DNA from: Vicinamibacterales bacterium
GTDB lineage: Bacteria > Acidobacteriota > Vicinamibacteria > Vicinamibacterales > UBA8438
Direction: 5' to 3'
NCBI GenBank assembly: GCA_965262555.1
Contig: OZ253543.1
Coordinates: 2,691,218-2,755,217 of the forward strand
DNA length: 64,000 nt
Shown: positions 18,275-26,777 of the stretch, one piece after another
Layout: each line of letters begins with the position of its first letter
Numbering within the stretch: position 1 is the first letter of the stretch
Notes under the pieces: model-generated
What the model saw: the letters and a program-made list of their open reading frames with translations, nothing else
The model's database searches: none
Told to the model about the DNA's origin: nothing
Made by a program: the position numbers and the translations under genes

Positions 18275-18637
18275 CTACTCCCGCCGCTCCCCTGCGACGG
18301 GGGCGTCGCCGGTTCTGGCGCTCCTTCCGCGAATTCTCCCCGTGGAGCCGCCAGTGATCACGCGGGCGTACGGCTCGCCGAGCACCCGGCCGTCGCGTTG
18401 CCGCGCCGAGTGGTAGGCTGCGATCCGCGGCTCCGGCTCCGCCGTCGGGCTCAGCGCCAGAAAGAGGCGCCCCGTGAGCGGGCCTTCATGCACGCCGTTC
18501 GCGTAGCTGACCTCGATACGGAACGCCGCGGGCGTCCCGTCCCCGGTTGCCGGATCACGCGGCGCCGGGACGCACGCGGTCAGGCTCAGGAGCGAGGCCA
18601 GAGCGACCTGGCGAGCGACGGGAGAGCGTGTACGCAT
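18275..18637 (-). CDS. hypothetical lipoprotein, possibly a truncated remnant
   Basis: Lipobox LSLTAC. After about 65 aa the sequence becomes Arg/Gly-rich and low in information. Confidence 0.35.
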   Translation of the reverse strand: MRTRSPVARQVALASLLSLTACVPAPRDPATGDGTPAAFRIEVSYANGVHEGPLTGRLFLALSPTAEPEPRIAAYHSARQRDGRVLGEPYARVITGGSTGRIRGRSARTGDAPVAGERRE

Positions 18638-18691
18638 CGGCTTCCCTCCGGCAGCGCCGCGGCCTTGCGGTTCGGGAGCCGCCCGGCGTCG

Positions 18692-19258
18692 TCAGTTCCC
18701 CTTGATCGCGTCGACCGCGTCCTCCAGGTGCGTGAGCAGATCCGACCGTCCGAGGGCTTCTTCCAACTGACCGAGAAGGTCCCGTGCTTCCTCCAGATCC
18801 ACGTCACCACTTGCCAGCAAAGAGCGAAGATCGTCCAGATCCTTGCCGCGACCAGCCAACACCTTCATCACGGCAAGGTCCGTTGCGTGCGCCACGGGCA
18901 CCTCGACGCCATCGATCGCGACACGGCTCGCGCGGGCGAGCGCGATTGCTTCCAGCCCCGATCCTGCAAGCACGAGATCGACCTCCATTCCCGACGGGTG
19001 GACGAACGGAACGACAGCTCCCCGGACGAGCAGGTCTTCCGCGAGATCCGGGTAACGGTGGCGCAACCCTTCTGACTCGAGCGCCTCGACCAGCGCCCGA
19101 AGGCGTGTTCGTTCCACCTGCACGGTGATGTCAATGTCTTGCGTTGCGCGCGGGGCACCGCGTACCGCCACAGCCTGAGCACCAAAGACAAACCACCGCA
19201 GCCCGCGCCCGTCGAGCACGCGGCGGAGCACGTCGAGCACTTCAGCGACGGCCGACAT
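18692..19258 (-). CDS. nucleotidyltransferase-fold protein (minimal NTase, DUF6036/AbiEii-like)
   Basis: FGAQAVAVRGAPRATQDIDI matches the G-x...D-x-D NTase core. It is followed by a helical C-terminal region. Confidence 0.65.
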   Translation of the reverse strand: MSAVAEVLDVLRRVLDGRGLRWFVFGAQAVAVRGAPRATQDIDITVQVERTRLRALVEALESEGLRHRYPDLAEDLLVRGAVVPFVHPSGMEVDLVLAGSGLEAIALARASRVAIDGVEVPVAHATDLAVMKVLAGRGKDLDDLRSLLASGDVDLEEARDLLGQLEEALGRSDLLTHLEDAVDAIKGN

Positions 19259-19493
19259 GGGCGGCGCGATTCAGCAGCGCTCGGACGCGCTCGTGAGTCG
19301 CGAGATCGGCACGGCGAATCTCTTCGGTCGGCCATTCAGGCCGCGTGCGCCGCGCCGCCTCATAGAGGTCGATGGCGAGCCGGATCTTCTGTTCCACCGG
19401 CAGGCTGGCTCGGTGTCTGCGCGCCAGCCGTTCCGGGATTCCCCAATCGCGACGCGCGTAGTCTCGCAGCTCTGCGACGTCAAGCGGTGGCAC
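19242..19493 (-). CDS. small hypothetical protein overlapping the NTase gene
   Basis: In-frame GTG at 19493 is preceded by GGAGG. The 17-nt overlap with the NTase start suggests translational coupling. No domain recognised. Confidence 0.4.
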   Translation of the reverse strand: MPPLDVAELRDYARRDWGIPERLARRHRASLPVEQKIRLAIDLYEAARRTRPEWPTEEIRRADLATHERVRALLNRAAHVGRR

Positions 19494-20790
19494 CGAGAAC
19501 CTCCATCTCGCGCCGCGCCTGCACTGCGGGAAGGGCGGAATCGATAACGACATCGTCCCACCGCACGACCTTGCCCGCGCTGATAGCCCGCTCCAGTGTC
19601 ACACCATGGGCGAGGCCTATCGGCAGCGCGCCGCGGTCGAGCGACGCCCGCGCCGGAAGCAGCTTGCCGTAGACCGTGTAACCGCCCTCGCCGTCGAGAC
19701 TCTCCCCCGCCGCGAGATCGCGCTTCGCGGTCGCCGCCACGTCGCCGACGAAGCCGCGGGTGGCGCCGGTCGGCTGCCCCAGCAGCCCGGCCGAGAGAAT
19801 CGACACGTTCAGCTCCAGCCCGATGAGGTGGAACGGCTTGTACATCGCCGAGTACCGGCCCGTCGCGTCGGTGTTCATGCCGTACTGCCGGAAGCAGGCG
19901 GCGGTGTAGTCGTTGGGCGCCTCGATGACAACGTAGACGCCCCAGCGCAGGTCGTTCGGCACCGGCCGGCCATCGCGCTCGATCGACGACACCACCTCGA
20001 CCTGTCCCTTGTGGTGAAGCTGCCCTCCGGCCTCCGCCGGCCGCAGCACGTGCGCGAGATCGCTCCGCCCGCAGGGCGGGAACCGCAGCCCGTCCGGCGG
20101 CGGCGTCAGGCCGGTGGCGTTGGCGATGGCGGCCATCTCGATGGCGGACTTCGTGCCGTCCAGAAACGAGTTGAACATCCGGCTGTTCATGCCGGCCGCC
20201 GCAGCCTCGGCGGCGGTGAGTCCGTAGTAGTCCCACACCGTGTCCGGCGTCGAGGCGTGGTACGACGGCAGGTACTTGGTCCCCTTCCCCGCCGCCACGA
20301 CGTCGAAGCCGCACGAGCGCGCCCACTCCACCAACTCGCAGGTAAGCGCCGGCTGATCGCCGTAGGCCATCGTGTAGACGACACCCGCCGCGCGCGCCTC
20401 GGCGGCCAGCAGCGGTCCGGCCAGCACGTCCGCCTCGACGTTCACCATCACGATGTGCCGTCCCGCCGCGAACGCGGCGCGGGCATGCGCGATGCCGGCC
20501 GCCGGGTCACCGGTCGCTTCGACGACGACGTCGACGCCATCCTCGCCGATGGCGCTCGCCGCGTCGGCCGTGAACCGCGTCCCTGCGATGCGTTCGTCGC
20601 TCCAGCCGACGGCGCGGCAGGCAGCGCGGGCGCGGTCCGGATCGAGATCCGCGATGACGGACACCTCCACACCCATCGCCGTCGGCACCTGGCTCAGGAA
20701 CATCGAGCCGAACTTGCCCGCGCCGATAAGACCGACCCGCACCGGCCGGCCGGAGCCGGCGCGCTCGCGAAGCGCGTCGTCGAGATACAT
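19480..20790 (-). CDS. NAD(P)-binding oxidoreductase with C-terminal SAF domain (COG4091-like, homoserine dehydrogenase-like)
   Basis: Rossmann motif VGLIGAGKFG. Long C-terminal region ending in a SAF-like segment. Start at internal ATG 20790. Confidence 0.75.
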   Translation of the reverse strand: MYLDDALRERAGSGRPVRVGLIGAGKFGSMFLSQVPTAMGVEVSVIADLDPDRARAACRAVGWSDERIAGTRFTADAASAIGEDGVDVVVEATGDPAAGIAHARAAFAAGRHIVMVNVEADVLAGPLLAAEARAAGVVYTMAYGDQPALTCELVEWARSCGFDVVAAGKGTKYLPSYHASTPDTVWDYYGLTAAEAAAAGMNSRMFNSFLDGTKSAIEMAAIANATGLTPPPDGLRFPPCGRSDLAHVLRPAEAGGQLHHKGQVEVVSSIERDGRPVPNDLRWGVYVVIEAPNDYTAACFRQYGMNTDATGRYSAMYKPFHLIGLELNVSILSAGLLGQPTGATRGFVGDVAATAKRDLAAGESLDGEGGYTVYGKLLPARASLDRGALPIGLAHGVTLERAISAGKVVRWDDVVIDSALPAVQARREMEVLGATA

Positions 20791-20800
20791 CGAGCCCTGC

Positions 20801-21595
20801 TTAGGCCGTCGCGCGAGCCGCCGCGAGCTCGGCGAGGCAGTCGTCCGCCAGCGGTTCGATCGGCGCAAAGTCGCGGTGGGCGATCCACGCCGCCCGCTTG
20901 AACTGGCGGATGTGGTTGTCGACGTGACAGAGCGAGAGGTAGACGATGCTGCGGCCGAACGGGCTGATGTTCGGCGGGCTTGCGTGCACCAGCGTTGACG
21001 CGAAGACGATCAGGCTGCCGGGCGGTCCGGTCGGGGCCACGCATCCGCCCCGCTCCGCGAGCCGCGTCACGGTGGCGCGATCCAGTGTCCAGAGCGGATA
21101 ACTGGTCGTCTCCAGGTCGTGCCCGGCCTCGAACACGCCCTGCTTGTGGCTCCCCGGCAGGAACAGCAGCGGCCCGTTGGCGGCCGTCACCTCGTCGAGG
21201 AAGACCGCGATGTTCATCGCGCGCGGCTCCGGCATCTGGTCGTCCCGATGCCAGGTACCGAAGTCCTGGTGCCACTGCCAGACCTCGCCATCGAACGCGG
21301 CCTTGGCATTCACCTTGTACTGGTGCATGTAGATCGGGCCATCGACGAGCTGCATGACTGGCTCGATCAGGCGCGGGTGGCGTCCGAGACGCCGGAACGC
21401 CTCGTTGTACGTGTGCGCGGCAAACGCCGTGCGGGCGACGCCGGTCGACTCGCGCCACACCTCTTCGCGGTCGAGCGCGTAGACCTCGTCCGCGGCGGCC
21501 CGAAGCATGGCCGCCTCCTCCCTTGAAAAGCGTGACGGGAAGAACAGGTAGCCCTGCTCGTCGAACCGTGCGAGCTCCTCGGCGGTCAGCTTCAT
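20801..21595 (-). CDS. phytanoyl-CoA dioxygenase family Fe(II)/2OG oxygenase (ectoine hydroxylase-like)
   Basis: WHQD facial-triad motif and a distal H (VHAS). N-terminus MKLTAEELARFDEQGYL is typical of PhyH. Start at 21595 inside the longer ORF. Confidence 0.85.
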   Translation of the reverse strand: MKLTAEELARFDEQGYLFFPSRFSREEAAMLRAAADEVYALDREEVWRESTGVARTAFAAHTYNEAFRRLGRHPRLIEPVMQLVDGPIYMHQYKVNAKAAFDGEVWQWHQDFGTWHRDDQMPEPRAMNIAVFLDEVTAANGPLLFLPGSHKQGVFEAGHDLETTSYPLWTLDRATVTRLAERGGCVAPTGPPGSLIVFASTLVHASPPNISPFGRSIVYLSLCHVDNHIRQFKRAAWIAHRDFAPIEPLADDCLAELAAARATA

Positions 21596-21631
21596 GACGG
21601 CTCTCCCTGCCCTGCGCGTACACTGGGCGCC

Positions 21632-22009
21632 ATGCCCAACACAACCACCGTCACGAAGTTTACGTGGAACGAGATGCCCAGGGAGCGGGTGACCAACCGC
21701 ATCGACCGCCGGATCGTCTGCGGCGAACACGCGATGGTGGCGCACGTCTACCTGCAGAAGGGCGCGGTCGTGCCCGAGCACTCGCACCACAACGAGCAGC
21801 TCACCTACATCCTCACGGGCAAGCTCCGGTTCTGGGTCGGCGACGACTTCTCGGAGGTCTTCGACGTCGGCGAAGGCGAGGTGCTGCACCTGCCGTCGAA
21901 CGTGCCGCACAAGGCCGAGGCGATCGAGGAGACACTCGACGTCGACATCTTCAGCCCGCCGCGGCAGGACTGGCTGGACCACACCGACGACTATTTCACG
22001 GATCAGTAG
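21632..22009 (+). CDS. cupin domain protein
   Basis: G.V.PEHSHHNEQ...H.P..VPH two-motif cupin signature. Confidence 0.8.
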   Translation: MPNTTTVTKFTWNEMPRERVTNRIDRRIVCGEHAMVAHVYLQKGAVVPEHSHHNEQLTYILTGKLRFWVGDDFSEVFDVGEGEVLHLPSNVPHKAEAIEETLDVDIFSPPRQDWLDHTDDYFTDQ

Positions 22010-22119
22010 CGCGCGCGGAGACTCCACCGCCACGGGTCGCCCCGCTCTCACTAAAGCCCGGACCCAGTGCAAGGCTTCTTACGCGCCCGGTTACGTGGCG
22101 TAACCCGCGGCGCCGCGAC

Positions 22120-22554
22120 TCACGAGGCCCTGGGGAGCGGTCGCGCCGCGACCCAGATCACGATGGCGGCGGCAGAGACGTGCTGCACCATCAGGGTGAC
22201 TACCGCCGGAATCGTGGCGCCCGGAAACGCCTCGCCACCGCTCTCGGTGAGCAACCAGAAGTCCGGGAGCAGCGAGACCAGCAGGGCGGCGACGGCGATC
22301 CGCCGAAACAGCGGGACCGGACGCTCGGACACTCTATCGACGACGACGGCCACCACCAGCCCGGCCCCGACGCCGACGACCGTCAGGAACATGGTCGGTC
22401 CCGTCACCGCCAACGGCTGAAACTCGACTGGAATATCGAAGGCCCCGAACGCCGCCGCCCGCACCGCGAGGGTGGCCGCCAGCGCTCCGAGAACCGTTCG
22501 AAGCCATAGTCTCCAGGCCCGAGGCCCCGCCACCGCCAATCGATCCGCGCTCAT
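22120..22554 (-). CDS. small membrane protein (DUF6069-like)
   Basis: Four hydrophobic segments. Layout and the MVQH motif recall DUF6069. Confidence 0.5.
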   Translation of the reverse strand: MSADRLAVAGPRAWRLWLRTVLGALAATLAVRAAAFGAFDIPVEFQPLAVTGPTMFLTVVGVGAGLVVAVVVDRVSERPVPLFRRIAVAALLVSLLPDFWLLTESGGEAFPGATIPAVVTLMVQHVSAAAIVIWVAARPLPRAS

Positions 22555-22618
22555 GGGTCATCCTCCTCTTGCGCGGCGCTCCGGCAGGCCGCCGGTTCGC
22601 CAGCCGTTCGTAGCCGTT

Positions 22619-23221
22619 TCAGTGGTGTGCGCGCTCGTGCCGGTGGTCATGGCGGGTCTGGTGGAACACGACGTGTAGCAGAGATCCGCCGACGAACGCC
22701 TGATAGAGCTCGATGCCCTCGCCGTCACCGACGACCTCTGCGCCGAGTGCGTAGCCGACAATCGTCGCGGCGGCGATGAGACCGATGCCGAGCAGGCCCC
22801 CAACGAAGCCATGACGGGGTCTCAGCATCCACCATATGACGAGGCCCACCGGAATCCGGTGCAGAATCACCGGGGCGGTAACGACAGCGCCTTCCGGCGC
22901 GAGCGCCACGCCTTCCAGTAGTGCGTGCAGTCCGAGGCCGGAGAGCCCCGCCAGCAGCGCCACATTGTCGGTATGCGCCGCCAGCGTATGCGAAGCGCGC
23001 TCCATGAGAGCGGGCGTGCCGATCCCGAGGGCAAGGACCACGAGGGTCAGCGCGCCGTGTTCGGCCCAGGCGTGCGGCAGCACCTGCCAGGCCACCAGCG
23101 CCGGGACGACGATGAGCATGAAGCCGTCGACGAAACGGACGGCACGTGCGTTGCCGTGGAGCCATCCGTAGAGGAAAGCGCCGAGGAGTGGGGCGGCAAG
23201 CGCTCCGGCAAGCTGGAGCAT
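22619..23221 (-). CDS. ZIP-like metal permease with His-rich C-terminus
   Basis: Polytopic protein with HALLEG and HRIPVG motifs (ZIP-type HxxxEG). C-terminal HQTRHDHRHERAHH. Confidence 0.5.
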   Translation of the reverse strand: MLQLAGALAAPLLGAFLYGWLHGNARAVRFVDGFMLIVVPALVAWQVLPHAWAEHGALTLVVLALGIGTPALMERASHTLAAHTDNVALLAGLSGLGLHALLEGVALAPEGAVVTAPVILHRIPVGLVIWWMLRPRHGFVGGLLGIGLIAAATIVGYALGAEVVGDGEGIELYQAFVGGSLLHVVFHQTRHDHRHERAHH

Positions 23222-23272
23222 GGTGATGCAAGCGGATGCCGGCGACGGGTAGGCTCGATGCCGGCCCGCGTG

Positions 23273-24304
23273 TCAAGCCAGGGCCGGACGCTCGCGGGCG
23301 TGCGGGGGGTCGACCTGATGGTGCTCGGTGCAGCCCTCCAGCGACTGCTCCACCTGGATGGTGATGTGCTGGATTCCGAAGTCGTCGGAGGCGACCCTCC
23401 GCAAGCGACGCAGCACGGTTTCGAGCTGCTCGGCTGGATGTTCGCGATCGATCAGCACGTGCGCGGCGAGTGCATCGTACCCCTGGGCAATGGTCCAGAC
23501 GTGAACGTCGTGAATCACGACGACGCCCTCCACGTCTTCCATCTTGCTGCAGAGGCGACGCACGTCGATATGCTCGGGTACACCTTCCAGCAGGACGTGG
23601 ACCACCTTGGCGAGCAGGCGCCACGTGCTGAGCAGGATGAGCACGGCGATGACCACGCTGACGATGGGGTCGGCGAGCGTCCACCCGAAGGCCCAGACGA
23701 GAGCACCCGAAATGACGACGCCGACGGAGCCCAGCAAGTCCGCGATCACGTGCTGGAAGGCACCCTCGACATTGAGGCTATGCCCGGCCGAGCGGTGGAG
23801 GATCCAGGCCGCCAGGACGTTGACGAAGAGGCCGATGGTGCCGACGGACAGCATCAGCACGCCTTGGACTTCAGGCGCCTCCTGAATTCGATGGAAGGCC
23901 TCGACCACCACCCAGCCAGCAATGAGCCAAAGCGTGAGCGCGTTCACCAGGGCCGCCAGAATCTCCAGGCGGTGAAAGCCGAAGGTGCGCTCCGCGGAAG
24001 CTTTTCTAACGGCGAAATGCATGGCGACCAGCGCGAGACCGATGGACGCCGCGTCGGTCAGCATGTGCCCGGCGTCGGCGAGAAGCGCCAGGCTGCCGGA
24101 CAGGATGCCGCCGATGACCTCGGCGAACATGTAGCCGGTAATCAGGACGATCGCGAACGTCAGGTTCCGCTTGCTTGCGTGGCGCAGTTCGGCCGAATGG
24201 TCGTGCCCTCCAAAGCCGTGACGGTGATGATGATGGGCGTGATCGTGCCCGTCGTCATCGGCGTGGGCGTGCGCTTCCTCGCCGTGCCGGTGGTCGGAAC
24301 TCAT
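23273..24304 (-). CDS. czcD: cation diffusion facilitator family Zn/Co/Cd efflux transporter
   Basis: His-rich N-terminus. LLADAGHMLTD and HVIADLLGS metal-site motifs. C-terminal cytoplasmic domain. Confidence 0.9.
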   Translation of the reverse strand: MSSDHRHGEEAHAHADDDGHDHAHHHHRHGFGGHDHSAELRHASKRNLTFAIVLITGYMFAEVIGGILSGSLALLADAGHMLTDAASIGLALVAMHFAVRKASAERTFGFHRLEILAALVNALTLWLIAGWVVVEAFHRIQEAPEVQGVLMLSVGTIGLFVNVLAAWILHRSAGHSLNVEGAFQHVIADLLGSVGVVISGALVWAFGWTLADPIVSVVIAVLILLSTWRLLAKVVHVLLEGVPEHIDVRRLCSKMEDVEGVVVIHDVHVWTIAQGYDALAAHVLIDREHPAEQLETVLRRLRRVASDDFGIQHITIQVEQSLEGCTEHHQVDPPHARERPALA

Positions 24305-24475
24305 GTCGCCAAGCCGCCCCTCTTGCGCGCTGGTCGATAGGCCGCCAGTGTATTTCGGATTGTGGTCGGCCGCCACCCGCACGCCAATCGCTTGCGGGAA
24401 CCTACTCTGAGCCCGTCAGCATGGCGGTCGCCGTGACGATCCCTCCGCAAACGCGACGTACGGTGCACCCGGCCG

Positions 24476-25006
24476 TTACTCGAACACGTTGATCAGGGCA
24501 TAGGTGATCGAGCCGCCCTCGGGGACGACCACCTGGTGCCACGACCGCGCGGGCACGTGAAGGATGTCCCCCTCGGTGGCCTCGAACGCCTGTGCGCCTT
24601 CGAGGTGCGGTCGCTGGCCTTCGGGAGGCTGTCCCTCGATCCAGTTCACCCGCTCGCCACCCATCAGCACGGTGCCGGCACCCTGCAGGATGACGTAGAC
24701 GTCCCACTTCGTGGTGTGGATCTCCGGCTGCGTGTAGCCGGCGCGGTGAATGATCTGCACGCTGTGCGGCCTGTGGTCGGCTCGGGGCAGCGCGGTCACG
24801 ACCGTGAACGGCGTGTCCCAGATGCCCTCGCCGTTGCGGAGGGCTTCATCGAGCTCACCCTGAAAGCCGGAGACGGCCTCGCCGTCCCAGTGGATGAACT
24901 CGTCGGGGCGAGGCTCGTTCGGGACCTCCCCGAACGGGTCCTGCGCCGCCGCGGCCGCGGGCAGCGCGAGACACGCGAGTAGGGTGAGAAGGCCTGCACG
25001 CCGCAT
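24476..25006 (-). CDS. exported cupin domain protein
   Basis: Signal peptide ending AAAAQ. Cupin beta-barrel motifs (DVYVILQG...GDILHVPA..WH). Confidence 0.7.
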   Translation of the reverse strand: MRRAGLLTLLACLALPAAAAAQDPFGEVPNEPRPDEFIHWDGEAVSGFQGELDEALRNGEGIWDTPFTVVTALPRADHRPHSVQIIHRAGYTQPEIHTTKWDVYVILQGAGTVLMGGERVNWIEGQPPEGQRPHLEGAQAFEATEGDILHVPARSWHQVVVPEGGSITYALINVFE

Positions 25007-25039
25007 GTGTCACCTCCGGTAGCGAGAGTGATGGTTCGA

Positions 25040-25540
25040 TCAGGGCACGGTGTCGAAGCGGATGTTGAACCAGGTGATGCCAGTCGTCTCGCGGATGCCG
25101 TGCGGCACCCCCGCGGGGATGAAGATCAGGTCGCCCGCACCGATGACCCGTTCCTCGCCCCCCTGGATCGCAGCGCCCCGCTCCCCATCGACGGGCTCCC
25201 CGTCCTCGTCAACGATCTGTCCGCCGGTGACGAGCGTCCCCGAACCCTCCCGGATCACGTACACGTCGATCGTGCGGGGGTGCATCAGCGCCGTCTCGCC
25301 GCCCCGGATACGCCGGATGTTGACGTTGTAGCTCCCACCCTCCAGCAGCCGGACGGTGGTGCGCTGATCGGCATCCATCTCCTGCACGATCGCCTCGAGT
25401 TCAGCCAGCGGGAAGTCAGCCGCGCGGTCCGTTGGGGCCTGCTGGCGAACCAGCCGCTGGGCTCCGACTGCGATACCGCTTCCGACCGCGACCAGAAGGA
25501 CGACGCCGACCACCAGGAACCGTCGGATGCTCATGACCAC
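25040..25540 (-). CDS. exported/membrane-anchored cupin domain protein
   Basis: N-terminal hydrophobic segment. DVYVIREGSGTL...GDLIFIPAGVPHG cupin motifs. Confidence 0.7.
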   Translation of the reverse strand: MVMSIRRFLVVGVVLLVAVGSGIAVGAQRLVRQQAPTDRAADFPLAELEAIVQEMDADQRTTVRLLEGGSYNVNIRRIRGGETALMHPRTIDVYVIREGSGTLVTGGQIVDEDGEPVDGERGAAIQGGEERVIGAGDLIFIPAGVPHGIRETTGITWFNIRFDTVP

Positions 25541-25698
25541 GCTCCTCTGACAGGGACGTGACGCGCGTCGAGAGGAAGCGCCCCGCCGCCCAGTCGGTTC
25601 CGGACGTTAACACGAACATCGACGGGCGACCTCCCGATCAAGGGTGCCCCCACCCGGTCGTGCGATGTAGAGTCCTGACCTCATGAGAGGACTCGATC

Positions 25699-26706
25699 AT
25701 GGATGAAGGCTACAACTGGCTGGAGAGCATCGCCGATCGCATGAAGCGAGACGTGGCGAAGGGCGCGGCGCCCCGGGCGGAGCGCCTGACTGTCCGAGAG
25801 CTGCTCGAGAAGTTCGGTTTCCAGCGCCGGAGCGATCGGATCAACAACCACATCCGAAACGAGCTGGATAGGCTCGATCTCCGCACTGATCTGGACATCA
25901 GGGTCGTGTGGCTCGACTCGTCGATCACGATCGAGCTCGACTCCGAAGCCTCGGGCGCGTCCGAGACGCCCCGGACATCCGATCCCACGTACCGGGTCTC
26001 GATGATCCCGGCCGCGAACCGCAAACCCGCCAGCGTCAAGCCCGAGAACTCCCTGGAGGAAGCGACCACCGTCATGCAGATGAACGGCTATTCCCGGCTG
26101 CCCGTCATGAAGAACGAGCGGGACGTCGCCGGAATAGTCACATGGGAGTCAATCGGCACTCGCCTGGCGCTCGGGCGCGACTGTACCTACGTGCGCCAGT
26201 GCATGGAGCCGGCCGAAGTGATTCCCGGCACGACGAGGCTGTTCGACGCCATCGGGATCGTTACGAAGCACGGATACGTGCTGGTGCGCGGCGTGGACCG
26301 GACCATCACTGGCATCGTGACGGTGACTGACCTGACCGACCAGCTTGGCCAGTTCGCCGCGCCGTTCCTGTTCGTCGGCGAGATCGAAGGACATCTGCGG
26401 AATCTCATCCACGGCAAGTTCACTCTCGATCAGTTGAACGCGGCTTCCCTTCAGCAGGAGCCCGTCGAGGGCTCATCCGACCTGACGTTCGGCGGGTTCT
26501 GCCGGCTATTGGAGAACACCGCAAACTGGGAACGGCTTGATCTCGCCATCGACCGGACGGAGTTCATCAAGCACCTCAATTCCGTCAGGGAAATGCGGAA
26601 TGACGTGGTGCATTTCAATCCTGACGGGATTGGCGACGACCGGCGCAAGACCCTCCGCAGCGTTGCCCGTTTCTTCGATAAGCTCGCGCGCACGATGGCC
26701 GCGTAG
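25699..26706 (+). CDS. CBS-pair protein with C-terminal Swt1-like HEPN domain (predicted ligand-gated RNase)
   Basis: About 100 aa of unassigned N-terminal domain. Tandem CBS motifs at about aa 103-215. The C-terminal helical domain carries the canonical HEPN motif R-N-x3-H (RNDVVH, aa 300-305, nt 26596-26613). G+C is lower than the flanks. Confidence 0.8.
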   Translation: MDEGYNWLESIADRMKRDVAKGAAPRAERLTVRELLEKFGFQRRSDRINNHIRNELDRLDLRTDLDIRVVWLDSSITIELDSEASGASETPRTSDPTYRVSMIPAANRKPASVKPENSLEEATTVMQMNGYSRLPVMKNERDVAGIVTWESIGTRLALGRDCTYVRQCMEPAEVIPGTTRLFDAIGIVTKHGYVLVRGVDRTITGIVTVTDLTDQLGQFAAPFLFVGEIEGHLRNLIHGKFTLDQLNAASLQQEPVEGSSDLTFGGFCRLLENTANWERLDLAIDRTEFIKHLNSVREMRNDVVHFNPDGIGDDRRKTLRSVARFFDKLARTMAA

Positions 26707-26777
26707 CGCACGGCGCGAGCACGCAATGTCCTTAGTCCGTCGCGCCCGTCCCAGGATGCGAAAGGAGCTGCAGACCG

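Noticed and set aside
19242-19493. An R-x5-H string (RADLATH) in the small protein, which could suggest a HEPN toxin.
   Set aside because: The protein is far shorter than HEPN domains, and a single short motif is expected by chance. The gene is retained only as an unknown small gene.
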